A DNA stretch of 64,000 bases from Podarcis pityusensis (Eukaryota): the NCBI GenBank assembly GCA_964106645.2, contig OZ067046.1. One strand, given 5' to 3'. Shown here in pieces: positions 24,814 through 38,834 of this stretch (position 1 is its first letter; every line of letters begins with the position of its first letter). The position numbers and the translations under genes were made by a program. A model generated the notes under the pieces. The model made no database searches. It had not been told where the DNA came from and saw nothing but the letters and a program-made list of their open reading frames with translations.

Positions 24814-25038
24814 CAGTAGTACCTCGGGTTACATACACTTCAGGTTACAGACGCTTCAGGTTACAGACTCCACTAACCCAGAAATAGTACCTCAGGTTAA
24901 GAACTTTGGTTCAGGGTGAGAACAGAAATCGGGCTCCAGCGGCACGGCAACAGCAGGAGGCCCCATTAGCTAAAGTGGTGCTTCAGGTTAAGAACAGACC
25001 TCCGGAACGAATTAAGTACTTAACCCAAGATACCAATG
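24814..25038. mobile_element. Tc1/mariner-type MITE (caggttacagac family), copy 1
   Basis: TA|cagtagtacctcgggtta ... taacccaagataccaatg|TA; closely similar to 38593-38834. Confidence 0.85.
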
Positions 25039-25339
25039 TAGTTATGAGACTGAGGTACAAACCAGTAAAGGTCTGCTTTGAATCTCTGTCACAAAATCAC
25101 TAAGTGGTTTAAGTAAAGCAAACCCAATCCTCACCCATTGTCTCCCATCTTAAATAGGGGGCTAATAATACTGACCAGCTTTACAGGATTGGGGAAATAC
25201 AAGACAATCCAAGGATATATCTTCAAACATTTTAGGACAATTCTTAGGGGGAAACCATAACTGTTGAAAGGAATATAATACTGCTTTAAATATATAGTGT
25301 CGATAAGGTCTTTGAAAAGGGCTATCATATAATAATCCA

Positions 25340-25620
25340 AATGTATTTTCTTCTGCTCCAGCAGATACAACCCAAACCAATGGATTCAAATTACAAGAAT
25401 AAGGATTTAGACTAAACTTTAGATAAAACTTACTGATGAGGTGTGAGCTGTTTGACATTGGAACAGACTGACTCAGAAGGTGGAGGACTCTCCATTAGAG
25501 GAGTTTAAGCAGTGGCTTGGGAGCCACCTCTCAGGCATGCTGTAGTGGTAGGTTTGTTGAACTGTCAGGTGATCGGACTAAATGACCTTCACTGACCCAA
25601 ATCCAGGATTCTATGATCTG
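25340..25620 (+). mobile_element. CR1 LINE 3' fragment
   Basis: aatggattcaaattacaagaa...ggactaaatgacc...attctatgat terminus. Confidence 0.7.
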
Positions 25621-27931
25621 ATGAAGTGGACACTAGTGTCTACAAAAGCTTATGCCATCATAAATGTGTTATTATTTAAGGTGCTGCGGGCCTGTTTCTT
25701 GTTAATAAAGCCTAAGTGAATGAAAAATGTTCTGCCCTGGTCTTATTTGAAATCTCAGAGAAGCTAACAGAGGTTGCTATGGGCTTCTAATCCACATCTG
25801 AACAGCTGCTTAGCTTCAAGAATGCTACAGCTTTAGGTGTTCTCAGACCATTTATTAGGCCTAGTTCCTGTGTTAATTTGCTTTTCTGCAAAGCAGATGG
25901 CTTTGAGTACTTTCCTGAGGATGTACCATTATTGCTCATAATAAATCTATAGCCCTGCTTTTAAACTGCACAGATTTCACTGAGACAGATTAATGAAGGT
26001 GGTTATGTGGGTGACTGGACAAATAACAACTGTGGCAATTTCAGGAAGATCACAGGGGGTGCAGCAGTCCTGCTCCATTAAAGTCAGACATTGTTTTTTG
26101 CCAGCTGGTTTTCATTTTTCATTTTCTTGGTTAAAATACGGATTGCCTTCTATGTTAGCTATTAGTCACCTATTTTTGGCTGCCCTTGCCCCAGAATAAT
26201 TTCATATCAGAGATATTGTGGTAAATTAAAATGACAGCAACCAAACACAGTTGCTTATTGGAGCATTGTTTAAAGGGGGGCCAGGGCTAGCATCTGTGGT
26301 GTGCCCTTTGGAGGCTCTGTGGGGCTGCCCAAGAATCAGGGCTGGCCTAAGGCATTTTGGCACCTGAGGCAAACCATAAAATGGTTTCCCACCCCAGGCA
26401 ATAAGGACTGAAGGAACAATGGGAGAATAAAGACCTACTTCAGAAACAAGGGTGGGAGGAGACCAGCAGTGCCTCCTATTTGCCAAGAGCAGCAGCAGCA
26501 GCAGCAGCAGCAATACACTTGTCCCCCTGCAGATCCAGCCACCTGAGGTGGTCACCTCACCTTGCCTCATGGGTGGGTTGGCCCTGTCAAGAATGCTGCA
26601 CATTGATCTACACTTGGTTATGAGCCCAGCCTGGAAGAATCCAGTGGGTCAAAGGTGTGGCCAACAGAATCTGGAGCTTACTTGCTTTTCAGTCAGTTAA
26701 TATGACTCACTAAAAGAATCCAGAGCAAATGCGCCATCATTCAAACTAGAATTTCCTTCCAGGGATAGGCTATGTCCCAAGCACAGGAGGCTGTAATGTG
26801 AAACAGGAAAGAATACATGCAGTGCCCCAAGACGCTTCAGGATTCCAGCTACTACAAGACTTATTAAGGATTTATTTTGCCAGTTTGTTTCATTGACACT
26901 GATTCATTTGTTGTCTTCTTCTTCTGACTTTCAAACTGACAAAGTTTGATATCTTTGAACAGGTAAATTTAGCCTCTTCTCACATTCTCACACCTCTGTT
27001 AAATGCCACAAGACATGAATAACAGCTATTTAAGAACTCAGTAGACTTTGTGCATTTTACATTCTCTCAAAATTCTGACAGTGCAAACAGAGACTGTAGT
27101 TTTGATCCAGGTAGCTTATGGAACTGTACATGATTTTAGTTCTCCAAGGATATGGATAAACTAACCATCTTTAGTACAGTAATGACAGGTGTCTCCAAAA
27201 ACAGTAAAAGATCAGAAAGCAATAAGGTAATTTTGCATTCCTGGAGGGTTTAGCATGCAAAACCCAATAGAATCATGAAAACTGAGCTCTTGCACATCCC
27301 ATTAACTTCATTTGGAGGGTTAAGAAGAAGTGCTTAACTTTGGCCAGAATGTACCATAAGTGTTTGCAAAGGTAATATCACACCGACAAGTTCAAGCACA
27401 GTATGAATTCCTCCTCATATTTTACTGCATTTTTCCTGATGTGGCAACAGCCTTCTCAATTGCTAAAGAGTGAACTTTGAGAGCAACAACTAAAGACACT
27501 AGGCAAGACACATTAGGATATTGTCGTCTTCTTACCATCTCATATTTTTTGAATTGGTCCTGCCTATATTTCTCACGTGTACTTCTCCAAAGTAGTTCAT
27601 CTGTAGAGCCAATCCCTGTTTACTCTATAAACTATTTTATCTGGCAACTCCATCTATGAAACTGAGCTTTTAAAAACACACAGACCCCCTACCCTAAGAT
27701 TCAAGTTACATTCTGCCTTGTGTGAGTGGGCATGTTTGCTTATGATTTCAAGCAACAAGCTGGAGCAGCTCCCTCCATTTACTCACAAGTGGGTGCACCA
27801 GGTGGCCTTTTCAAGGTCCATGTTTGTTTTCCTTGTTTGTCTTTGCCCTGTGACTGCTTCCTACATGTACACAGTAGGCTCAAAATCTCATGAAAGATGG
27901 CGCAGGGACAGACAAGAGGCAATGAAACAAC

Positions 27932-27973
27932 GAGAGGAGAGGAGAGGCGAGGAGAGGAGAGGAGAGGAGAGGA
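27932..27973. repeat. (GAGGA)n microsatellite
   Basis: Direct reading. Confidence 0.9.
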
Positions 27974-28610
27974 AGGACTGATGCAGATCCCTGGTTAGCC
28001 TCATACAACACTATGTTGAAAGAAGAGAGGGGTGGAACCTTATATCTTATCTGCAGCAATCTCTGAATGACTACATATGTCAACTCACTGAAAAGCCTGA
28101 GTATGACTAACTAGATTCTGTATCTGCCAAACTGCTGGCTTGCGTCCCATCCCCAGACTGAAAACATGTCACCATATTTGTCTTGCAGCTGTTGCTGTTT
28201 GTTAAAGGCCAATAAACAAGGCCAATTTTTCTATGGCAACCATGGCTAAAGCATTAGCCATGTCCCCAATCAAAGCTGTGAAAAAATGTCACCAAGACTC
28301 ACCGTTATCAACTGAACTATCCCAGCTGTAAAAATGTAAGAGAACCTACATCCCTACTGACCAGAGTCAGTCCTACTGCCTCAGGTGTCACAAGACTAAG
28401 CTGTCATAGTAGGTTCCAGAACACACAATGGCCCTTCAGCAGGCTGGTGTTTGTTTCAAAAGAATTTTTGTATTTCATACCACTTAACACAAAAACAAAA
28501 AAACAAAAAAAATTTGGCAAATGTCTCCTTAAGATTTTCAGTTACGAAGAAAGCAGATATTAACAAACTGGCTCAACCAATTTCATTCAGGTCATCTCCA
28601 AACTGTCAGT

Positions 28611-28957
28611 AAAAGGTAAAGGTAAAGGGACCCCTGACCATTAGGTCCAGTCACGGATTACTCTGGGGTTGCGGTGCTCATCTCGCTTTATTGGCCGAGG
28701 GAGCCAGCGTACAGCTTCCGGATCATGTGGCCAGCATGACTAAGCTGCTTCTGGTGAACCAGAGCAGTGCATGGAAACGCCATTTACCTTCCCGCTGGAG
28801 CAGTACCTATTTATCTACTTGCACTTGGACATGCTTTCGAACTGCTACGTGGGCAGGAGCTGGAACTGAGCAACGGGAGCTCACCCCGTGGCAGGAATTC
28901 ATACCCTGACATTCTGATCGGCAAGCCCAAGCCTCTGTGGTTTAGACCACCGCGCCA
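28611..28957 (-). mobile_element. Sauria SINE (Squam1-type)
   Basis: (aaaggt)n is the reverse complement of the (ACCTTT)n tail; body gccatttaccttcccg...gtacctatttatctact shared with 45159-45518. Confidence 0.9.
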
Positions 28958-29207
28958 GTACTGGATTCAAATACATACCAGGAATTTTAGATTTGCTCAA
29001 TTAAAGTGGATTAAAGCAGTATGTCACCCCAGCACAACAAAAGCACTTTTGTAAAAGTGGGGGTTTTGTGCTTAGGACAGTGACAGGGAAATGCACTTAA
29101 AATGAGTGGGATGAACGAATGATTAGATTAAATGCTCAGTGTCATAGCAAACAAATCTGAAAAGCGTAAAGCAAACAAAGAATGAATATTCAATAAAGAC
29201 TGGCCTA

Positions 29208-29370
29208 AGGCTGCATACTCACCCTATATTTAAAGCACACTGCTTCTTCCAAAGAATCCTGGGAGCTGCAGTTTACCCCTCAAAGAGCTACAATTCCCAG
29301 CAGCCTTAACAAACCACAGTTCCCAGGATTCTTTGGGGGAAGTCATGTGCCTTAAAGGTGTATACAGCCA
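29208..29370. mobile_element. Palindromic MITE
   Basis: ggctgcatac...gtatacagcc termini; inverted ccaaagaatcctggga/tcccaggattctttgg. Confidence 0.7.
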
Positions 29371-31299
29371 TATTCTAACCTCCATGCAAGTAAATCAGGC
29401 TGAAAGCTCAAAGAGGTAATCTGGAGGAGCCTTGCGACAAACAGCTATGTAAATTTTAAAAATGGATTCAAAATACTTATGAGAAACCAAACTCTGGTCT
29501 GTCTGCACACAGATTCTGATGCTATGTGCTGGGAAGGTAAATTAGAATCAAATCAAACCAAGCAGTCGTTTAGCCCAATAGTTTCTATAGGTACCATCAA
29601 GCCTAATTCCAAAGTCATATGATCATGTCTCACTTCAGGGATTAAACGTGATACCTCCCTCCAAGTAACACAAGTAATTAACTACTAATTTACAGCCCTA
29701 CCCATCATGAACTGTAATTCATTAACTCCCCAAAAGTAACAGATCCTCGTCAAGTGCTTCAGGCAGCTCATCTTGGATGTCATGGAGGGATAGCATATTG
29801 TTAGTTATTTCATCTATTATTCTTGTATTTTTACTTCCATCAAGAGGCACATGTGGGATTTTCTTTTTCAAGTGCCAAAATAACCTGGCCAGCCTTTGAT
29901 ATGCTTTGGGTTGCCCTGGGCAAGATAAAGACACCAACAAATGTAATAAATAATTATATTCTGCACCTTGATTTAGGGTATGTCTGCATCACTACATACT
30001 CCACATCCAGGATGCTCCTACTGCTAGTTTTTGAAGCCACATTCACCTGTTAGCCACAATCCATATCAATCCTGTAGTTTCCTGTCAAATACTGCTGATT
30101 CATGTGTTACTTCTAAGAGACCACCTTCCATCCAAGCAGAAAACTAACAGCATTCACTTAGTACTTCAGAATGGTGCGAACAGCTTCATTAATAGGGAAT
30201 TCAAGCAGGTTGCAAGGGAAAACTTACAAGATTGTGCATGCTTGGTGAAGACATTCCTGCCCCACCTCTGATGCGAACACCATGCAAATATGGCTTGAAA
30301 CACAGTGGGAAAAATATATTTGCTACATTTAAAACTGCTAATGTGAACATACCCTTAGGGAGAGCACTATTTGGTATTCTGCCTTGGGCTGCAAAATGTC
30401 TTGAGCAGGCCATGAGTGCTTCATTGTAAATGCCTTCCTCACCTGCTTTGCGATTTTGTTCTGTGATGGTAACCGTGTTGGCAAAAAAACCTTCATCATG
30501 AAGAGGGGGGGAAATCAAACCTTTACATTACACCAAATCATGTCAACGGCATCCAGAGCATGAATTGGGGACGCCTGAATTCAAATCCTTTTGCAGCTCT
30601 GAAGGACACTGCATGGCCTTGGGCACTCTTGTCATACAATCCACCTCACAGGGTTATTGTGAAAACAGAATATGACACCCTGAGTTCTTTGAAAAAAAAA
30701 CAGAATGCAAATTGTGTGAAATTCAGCCTTTTCTCTTGGCCAAAAGGCAGGACAAACACACTAAGAAATAAAATGAATTCATGAGTAAATCTTATAGTAG
30801 CAATTTTAAATATTAATATGAAGAAAAGAGATGATATGGGAAGTGAACAGCAGGGAAATGAGTGCTTGGCAAACTGCCTCTTTTGCAAACCAATTATTTA
30901 TATAATATAAATATCTTGCCATTTTTAATTATTATAAAGTGCCATCAATATGCATGATGAATTTACAAGGGAACGGGGACTTTTCCTGAATAACTTAACC
31001 AAAATTCAGCACATAGGAATCAAGGGAGAAGAGCGGAGGGGAAACAGAGGCAGAGGCAAACTAAGGAAGACTATGTATTTATTTATTCTGAGGTGCGTAT
31101 TAATTGACTGGCAGGACAGCCAGAGAGTTAGAGAGCACAGATTCGGTGGTCAAGAGATGCACAATTCAATCACCACATCATCAAAAAGGAAGCCGGTCAG
31201 TTTTAAGAGGCCAACAGGAGGCTGTAACCCGAAGCGCCACTGAGTGCAGGCTTGGGAGACTCCTGGGAAACAGCTAATAAGCTGCTTGGGAGTTGTAAA

Positions 31300-31580
31300 G
31301 TCCACAGAGCAGTGTCCAGGTTTTAGTTTACCAAAGTTGGTACTGCTCCCCCCTCTGAGTGGAGGCAGCCTGGGACTGCTGACGTCACTGAGGAGCAGAG
31401 ATAAAGGGGTGATATACAGCAGCTGGAAAGAGAAAACTTCTGAGGCGTGCTGGAGAGAGGCTCTACTGCTCAGTCCAGGGAACCACTGCTAAGCTGACAG
31501 GAACCCTTTCTTACAGAGATCTAGGGAGGAGGAAGAAGAAAAGGGAACCATTAAAGATACCCTCAGAAAATTGCTGAAAA
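31300..31580 (+). promoter_or_regulatory. PDLIM3: PDLIM3 proximal promoter/5'UTR
   Basis: Full CRE TGACGTCA 31380-31387, GATA AGATAA 31399-31404, E-box CAGCTG 31420-31425, CArG-like CCAAAGTTGG 31331-31340, all within 250 nt of the ATG. Confidence 0.6.
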
Positions 31581-31673
31581 ATGCCACAGAACGTTGTCCT
31601 CCCAGGACCGGCGCCTTGGGGCTTCAGGCTGACAGGAGGGATAGACTTTAAGCAGCCGTTAATCATATCCAGG
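31581..31673 (+). CDS. PDLIM3: PDLIM3 exon 1 ([31 protein letters not shown]; PDZ start)
   Basis: ATG in aaaATGc; PWGFRL PDZ motif of ALP/Enigma family; AGG|gtatgt donor; 93 nt. Confidence 0.96.
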
Positions 31674-31688
31674 GTATGTCCTTTTCCC

Positions 31689-31725
31689 TTTTCTTTTCTT
31701 TTCTTTTCTTTTCTTTTCTTTTTCT
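31689..31725. repeat. (TTTTC)n microsatellite just after PDLIM3 exon 1
   Basis: Direct reading. Confidence 0.9.
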
Positions 31726-34700
31726 TACAATGGCATCCTTGAAGTTGTGGAAGTGTGGAGTCTGCAGGAGGTGATGGTGTTTTGCTCATCCTCAGACAAG
31801 ACATGCTTTGCTGAATGCTTTGTATTTTTAAAGAACACAACACAGGTGGTTGTTAATTTTGCACTGTGCAATCAATGGTTGAAGGGTTTCTTTTAATATG
31901 CTTGTCAAGAAGAGTGAGCAGACTTGACACTGCTATTTCTTCCCATGCACCCCTTCCTCTGATGTAGTATTCATCTACTCAACCCACATGAATGGTTACC
32001 AGTGCAATCCTAGATATGTCTCTTAAGAAGAAGAAAACCACTCAATTCAATGGAATCACTCTCAGGTAAGGGGACACAGGATTCACTGGACTGCAGTCCT
32101 ATAATCCGCTTACCTGTGACCCCATTGAATCCAGTGGGATTTGGAATAGGGCCAAATTTGAAACACAATTTTGCAGTGCAGTGCCCTCACCCCCCACCAC
32201 TTAGCTTCAGACAACCTGGAACAGGGCATTTATAGCACTGCTTAGGAGAAGGTGGGAGGACACCTTTTCCACCCCTGCCCCTTCCCCATAAATGCTGCTA
32301 GAGAGCTTAAGCTTGGGTCTGGCTGCCAGCCCCAAACTTGAGCATTTTGTTTCTACATGAAAGTGAGTCAGGGTTTGGAGACTAAGGAACTGGAGAATGT
32401 GTCTTCTTTTCCTTTGCTTCCTCCTGTAACATCTTGATTATTCACCCCTCCACTGCTTTCAGAGCCTTCCTCCCACCTCCCCTGCAGACAGAAATGAGAG
32501 AAACCTGTAGAAAGCAATGGATAAATTCAATTTTTTGCATACTTGAGTTTCCACCTCAAAAAAAGCAAAATGTAGCAGCAAATACAGGAGTTCCTAACCA
32601 TAGCATTAATGTGAACCTAGAACTTCCATCTCTGGTGAAATAAGATGTGTCTGTTCTTGCTTTCTCCATATAGGCTCAACTAGTATCATATTCTGTATGT
32701 CCTGGAAACTCACAGGTTCCTCTTGGACCATTTTGGGGGTTTTCTTTTAATTTACAAACTTGCATACTTCAATCTACCCAGGGCTCCCTCAAGTTTATAG
32801 AAACCACCTCCTTATTTTTGGTTGTACTGTTTTGCTTTCAAACTGAGAGGTACACAGCCACCCACTTCACTTTACCTAACTGGAACTCTAATGTGCATAT
32901 GATAACTTGAAAATTAAAAAGGATGTTGTCTTCCCTGTTCAAGCACAAAGATGGCATATATAAAGAACGGAACATCATGCAAACTCTTCGACTGAAACCC
33001 TTATGCTACTTATTCTAGTGAAAAGAAACTCAAGGAGTCAGAAATTTGAGGTAGAGAAGCAAGGGGGCACAATCCTTTTCTAGCCCACTGCTTTTCCATT
33101 TCATCACCTCCTCAAGCCACTCCAGTTGTGCATCTCCATACAACAACACAGCTGGGTGTCAGTTAACTAGTTTAACTAAGTTGTACAAAAGGAATTTGCA
33201 GGATACCTTCTTGGGGAAAGGAGCTATACATATTCATTTTCACACTTAGGGTAAGTTCACACAAAATCAGCATAATGAAAGTTCACGGGGAGAGTGGGTA
33301 ATGTTGTAATTAGTTGTGCCTAATAAGGGGACAACTGAAGGATCAAATGTAGACATTTCTGAGTGCTATCTTCAGATATTTTTCAAAATGATTACACACT
33401 CACCCTGTTGGTTTGTAACTGGGAACTTGTTGACAAGTGGGATATACTTCCCTAAAGCAAATCAGGTTAGTAATTTTATTGAGTTCATCTAGGAGCAACT
33501 TAACATGTATATTACAATGCTAACTCAGAGAGTCTTCATACTGAATCAGTTGGGGTTACTTTGCTGACCTCAAAAATCAGCAAAGAGGTGATATAGTTTT
33601 AGGATTGATTCATTAGCAACAATTTCAAGGCCACACCATCTGTACACAACGTCCTTTACAGGAGCATAAATCCTTTTTGAGCCATCCAGATTGATATACA
33701 TTTTTGGCCAAACATGCACAGCCACTCCATATCTTTATCCTGAGGCAGCATGCACAAGGATGTGGAATGTTGCCATTGTGGACAAAAACTGTGAGACCTA
33801 ATTTTGGAATTCACATTTCTGCATTTTCCATTACTTTATAATGCTGATCAAATAAAGTCAGTGCCAATGCCTTATGCAAGAACTGTGATTTCAACACCTC
33901 TCTCATTTATTTCATTTTACTGCATGCATTTTACTGCATGCACAAGTAGAATTAATTGGCCACAACCTTGAAGACCTCTACAGACTGAAAGATAGGATAA
34001 ATATTTGAAATAAATAACAAAAATAAAAATGCTCCTGCTAAAACAAAGTAGTTTAAATCTCACTGAGGTCAATTGAAATGACAGGCACATCCTTAACTGA
34101 CATTAATAGATCTTTGAAAAGTGATTAACAGTACAGCCCTTTGTTGGCTTATTCATAATAGATTCCCATTGCATTCAGTGGTGATTACTCACAAATAACT
34201 ATGCACTGGATCGTAGCCTTACAGAGCAGATCGTGCCCTTTAAGTGTTAAAAATTCCATGATATATACTTTCAATATCACTATTTTACAAACAACTTCAG
34301 TTTCACTGGATGCTACAAATACAGCTAGTATTCCTTGCAGAATGAGAATATCTAAACGTATTATCCTCTCAAATTTGTGGTCTGATTGAAAAAGTACAAC
34401 TATACAAATAAAAAATGCCAGTGTAAGGAGTTGAAGAATTATTGCTGACTTAACAGTATTTCAAATGAGAACTCTTGTTAGAGTTAAGGTACTAAATTTA
34501 GGCACTTAAAGAAAAACCAACACAGCTAGCTAGTACCATAAACAAAGAGTAGTTTGTTTCACCAGAACTCCATGCACTCTGAGTGTTTAACCTTCATAAA
34601 ATGCACAAAGCACATGTAAGCTGATGTGGTGCATGCTTATGGCATCTGACATGGCCACACTGGAGAAAGGGAAACAATGTCTGAGCTTAAAAACAATAGA

Positions 34701-37700
34701 AGACACTGTGGAGTTTTTGGACTCCTATTGCCTTTTATGGCATTATAAGAGGGAAGGACTTTCCATTATCTCTCAAGAAAAGTATTTTAGTAATGCTAGG
34801 CTCCTTGCCTGCATTTGTTTACAATAAGCTCAGTCAAGTTTAAAGTTCTATTAACAAAAGAGGAGCTGCATTTATACCTAATTACTGAGAAGTAAATTGT
34901 TTGGTATTATCTGAGTCACTGTGAGACAAGTAGCTTTGGGAGCTGCTGAACAAGACTCATTAACTGTCTGTTTCAAGGCCTACTGCTCCGCACTGCAAGG
35001 CGTGTTTACATAAAAAGACAAATGTGAAGACGGATGCCTTGAGTTTTACTGGTACATCTGTTTGATGTTAACATATGTCAACTACTTTGATTCTTTTTCT
35101 CATTTATATGTAACAGTTCAGTATTTAGAAATGGATCTCTAAAGTGCGGGCCCAAGCCCCAGAATACTTTAAATCAGTTCAATAAAACCTTAACTCCTTG
35201 ATCCAAAAGATATGGATTATCAGAGCAAGTTCTAAAATCAATGGCCCTAAAGGAGCTTAGGTTAACCATTTTTAAGGTAACTGGCTTGAGGGTATCTTGA
35301 ACTACCCATGTGCAAACCGTAAGAAATATACATGGGAGTCAAATTATTTTGTTTGAGAAACAAAACACCAAACCATAGCATTTTATAACAAAGTACAGGA
35401 TACATATGCATTTTTGATAACACTGTGTGAAGACAAATTTAAAACTGAACAGTGGAAACACAGTAAGTGCACAGTAAATGGAAGTGTGAACACAGCCACA
35501 GTTACAGTTTTAAGAATACATTTATCTCAGGTTGAATGTCTGCATGCACTCCAAATACCGGTAAATGAAGTTGAGCTCCTGCATAATCAGACTTTCCCTA
35601 TACATTTCAATGGAAGGAACAAGCTCTGTGTGAGCATCTCTTTGCACATCCAGAACTGAACCCTTATTTGAAGTGAGTGCTGGAACACCTGAAGATTGAG
35701 TGGGATCCATGTATACCATGGACAAGGAACCTGCAGCCCTTCAGAAGATGCAGTTCCTGTCATTCCAGGTCTATGGCTACATGGTGGGGCTGAATGAAGT
35801 TATAGCTCAACAACATCTGGAGGGCTGCGGGTTCCCCATGTTGTACACATTAAAGGAAGCCACACCTTCAAAGAATAATTGCATCAAGGCAATAGTGTCT
35901 ACCATACATTGTATAGTTTTAACTTTTCACTATCGGGAGCTTTTAATGACAACTTATTGGACTTTTCTAAGTAAAGGTATTTACGGATGAGGGACTTATT
36001 TCCTAGTGGCTCAGGCTATCATTTTAAGAGAATTGTACTGAATCCTTAGGAAAATGATACAGGACAGATCTATGTTTTTCAAGATGAAGATGTACATATT
36101 TTTTTAAAAAAAATTCTTTAGCTATGCCAATTTCCCATCAGTTTGTGACAAGACAGCATGATCATTCAAAAATAGCTTTCAAATTAAACAATAAATCTTT
36201 TTGGAATTGATTTTCTAGCAGCGTAGAGTTTTAAACAGACCATAGCAAAACAGAGTAGCCTAGTCAATCAGGTAAAGACTTCACAAGGAAGAGACAGAAG
36301 GGGCTACTACCACCTGTTTATCTAGAGAAGTGATGTCATAATCAAAAAGCTATCTGTGGTTACCCAAACCAAATACAGTAAGACAACCCTCTGGAAGGTT
36401 TCAAGCAAATGTAAAACCTCAGAGCAGATAATCCAGACAAGCTAAGTATAGAAGTGGATTGAACTGCAGCCCAATCGTCAACATACTGCACTGCTTGTTT
36501 GAAGGCCACCAAAATAAATGCAACTAAGGCAAAAAGAGCAGTTTGTGGATTAATCAAAGCATGCTGAGAGACAGTTAAGCACATCAATGCAAGAAGCAAA
36601 ATATTTCCTTATCTAATAACTGTGAGAAGCTGGATTTACAGATTAGGCAATTGACAAGTAGATTACAATACTGTCATGTTTCACAAAAAAGCTTTATCAA
36701 GCAATGATGCTTCCAAGCAATAGCTCTCTCTCTCTTTTGAGAACCAGGATACACACATCAGTAAGAACCACACATTAGTAAGGCAGACAACTTTTATTCC
36801 CTAGTAGGGTTGGTGAGCCTTTACTAATGGCATGACAGGTAGAAATCCAACATGGGTACGCATAAAAAATTTTAGCACATCAAAAGCTTTTTCAGTCACA
36901 CTAGCTTTTCACATACGAGGGGCGAATTATGTAGACAAGGAATCTCCTATCTGAAATCTGAACTGGTACATTCTAGGAAAGGCTGAACCAGATGAGATTT
37001 CTAAATGCCCTGTGCTGTGCAGGGCATTGTACAGAAACTGTAACATACCAGAAATTACCCCTAAGTGTTCTCCATGGCAAAATTATAATTTAAAAAAATA
37101 CATCCCCGAAGTGAGACTATATTCTCTGTTTGGTCACTTTGTGACAATGCCACAAGAGTTTGGAAACAGTTGTCTGAAATCTTTATTTCTTGCTACAATT
37201 AGAATCCCACCTTTCCACCAAGGAGTTCAAGGTGGTGTACATGCTTCTCCTCCTCTCCATTTTATCCTCACAACAGCCCTGTGTGGTAGGTAAGACTGAG
37301 AAATAGTGATTGGTCACCCAGTGGACTCGATGGCTAAGTGGAGATTTAAACCCTGGACTCCCAGCTTCTAGCCTGACACTCTAAACACTGTGGAACACTG
37401 GAATGTGCTGAGGAGGAGATCAGGTCTGGAACTTCCAAAACCCTTAGCATTTGCTCAAGCCAATATATCACTTGCTAAACTCTGTATCAGACATACTTCA
37501 TGTCTGGTATTTTTTGAAGAGAGAAATATTTATGGAATTCTTCAGCCTTCTAGAAAAGGCTTGCACAGTTTAACATTCTCTTTCACAAGGAGAGGTGTAG
37601 AAACCATAGGAAGGAGTGGTTCATGGCAGAAACTAGTCCCAAGGTTGCCAGGCCGCAACCATCACCCACACCAGACTTGAGTGAGCAATGTTTGCTATTT

Positions 37701-38408
37701 CCTCTGTTTTGTAATTATGACAAATTTCAAAAGTATTAAGCCAACCACAAAACCTGTTACATGCATAAAACTGGATAAAGCACAACAAATTATATAACCT
37801 GTGTGCCAACCATCATCACCCCATCCATATGCAAAGCAGATAAAGAAAATATTAGAGAGCAAGTTTCTGTTTTATACATCCATACTGCTAAACAATGGCA
37901 TTATAACTCATATAAAACACTGAGAAATCTGTATTACCATTGCAGACAGACTTGCTGACTCATGGTCCCTTGCTGCACATTCCATGTCATGCAACATAAT
38001 GTAGATGACAGTTGTCTGTCCTCACTGGCAGCACCAAAACTCTTCTGAACATAAGCTTGTTTTAGTATTTTAACTCTTCGCATGTTTTAAACTATTGCCG
38101 TATAATTTTATTGAGGTTTTTTTGTAAACAGCTTTGTTTTTTCTACAATCAACAGTGTATAAATTTTATGAAATAAATAAATAAATGCTAAAATATCAGC
38201 TAGCACCAAAATAATAATAAAAAATAGAAGCTAATGCTTACATGCCTGTCACAATGAGTCACAGACCAACTACAGCTCATACTCGAAATTAAGTGAAGTT
38301 TCACCACCTCCCTTATTTGTGTCAAAATAAGTTGCACTGAAATCAATACTTCTTATGTGGAAACAGGTCTACTTATCATTTAAAAGAAACATCTTGTGTT
38401 TCTTTCAG

Positions 38409-38560
38409 ATCACTCCAGGAAGCAAAGCTTCACAAGCCAATTTGTGCCCTGGTGACATCATTATAGCTATTGATGGCTATGGCACAGAGAACATGACTCA
38501 CAATGATGCACAAGAGAGAATTAAAGCAGCGTCACACCAACTCTGTCTGAAAATTGAGAG
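38409..38560 (+). CDS. PDLIM3: PDLIM3 exon 2 ([16 protein letters not shown]...LKIER; PDZ)
   Basis: tttcag/gtaaga; 152 nt, phase 0-2. Confidence 0.97.
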
Positions 38561-38592
38561 GTAAGATTTTGCCATATGCTTGGAGTACAACA

Positions 38593-38834
38593 CAGTGGTA
38601 CCCCGGGTTACAGACGCTTCAGGTTACAGACACTTCAGCTTACAGACTCCGCTAACCCAGAAATAGTACCTCGGGTTAAGAACTTTGCTTCAGGATGAGA
38701 ACAGAAATCGCACGGTGGTGGTGCAGCGGCAGTGTAAGGACCCATTAGCTAAAGCGGTACCTCAGGTTAAGAACAGTTTCAGGTTAAGAACGGATCTCCA
38801 GAACGAATTAAGTTCTTAACCTGAGGCACCACTG
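38593..38834. mobile_element. Tc1/mariner-type MITE (caggttacagac family), copy 2
   Basis: cagtggtaccccgggtta ... taacctgaggcaccactg|TA. Confidence 0.88.

Noticed and set aside
26488-26512. (AGC)n as a coding polySer/polyLeu tract
   Set aside because: Intergenic microsatellite within a degenerate repeat, with no exon structure
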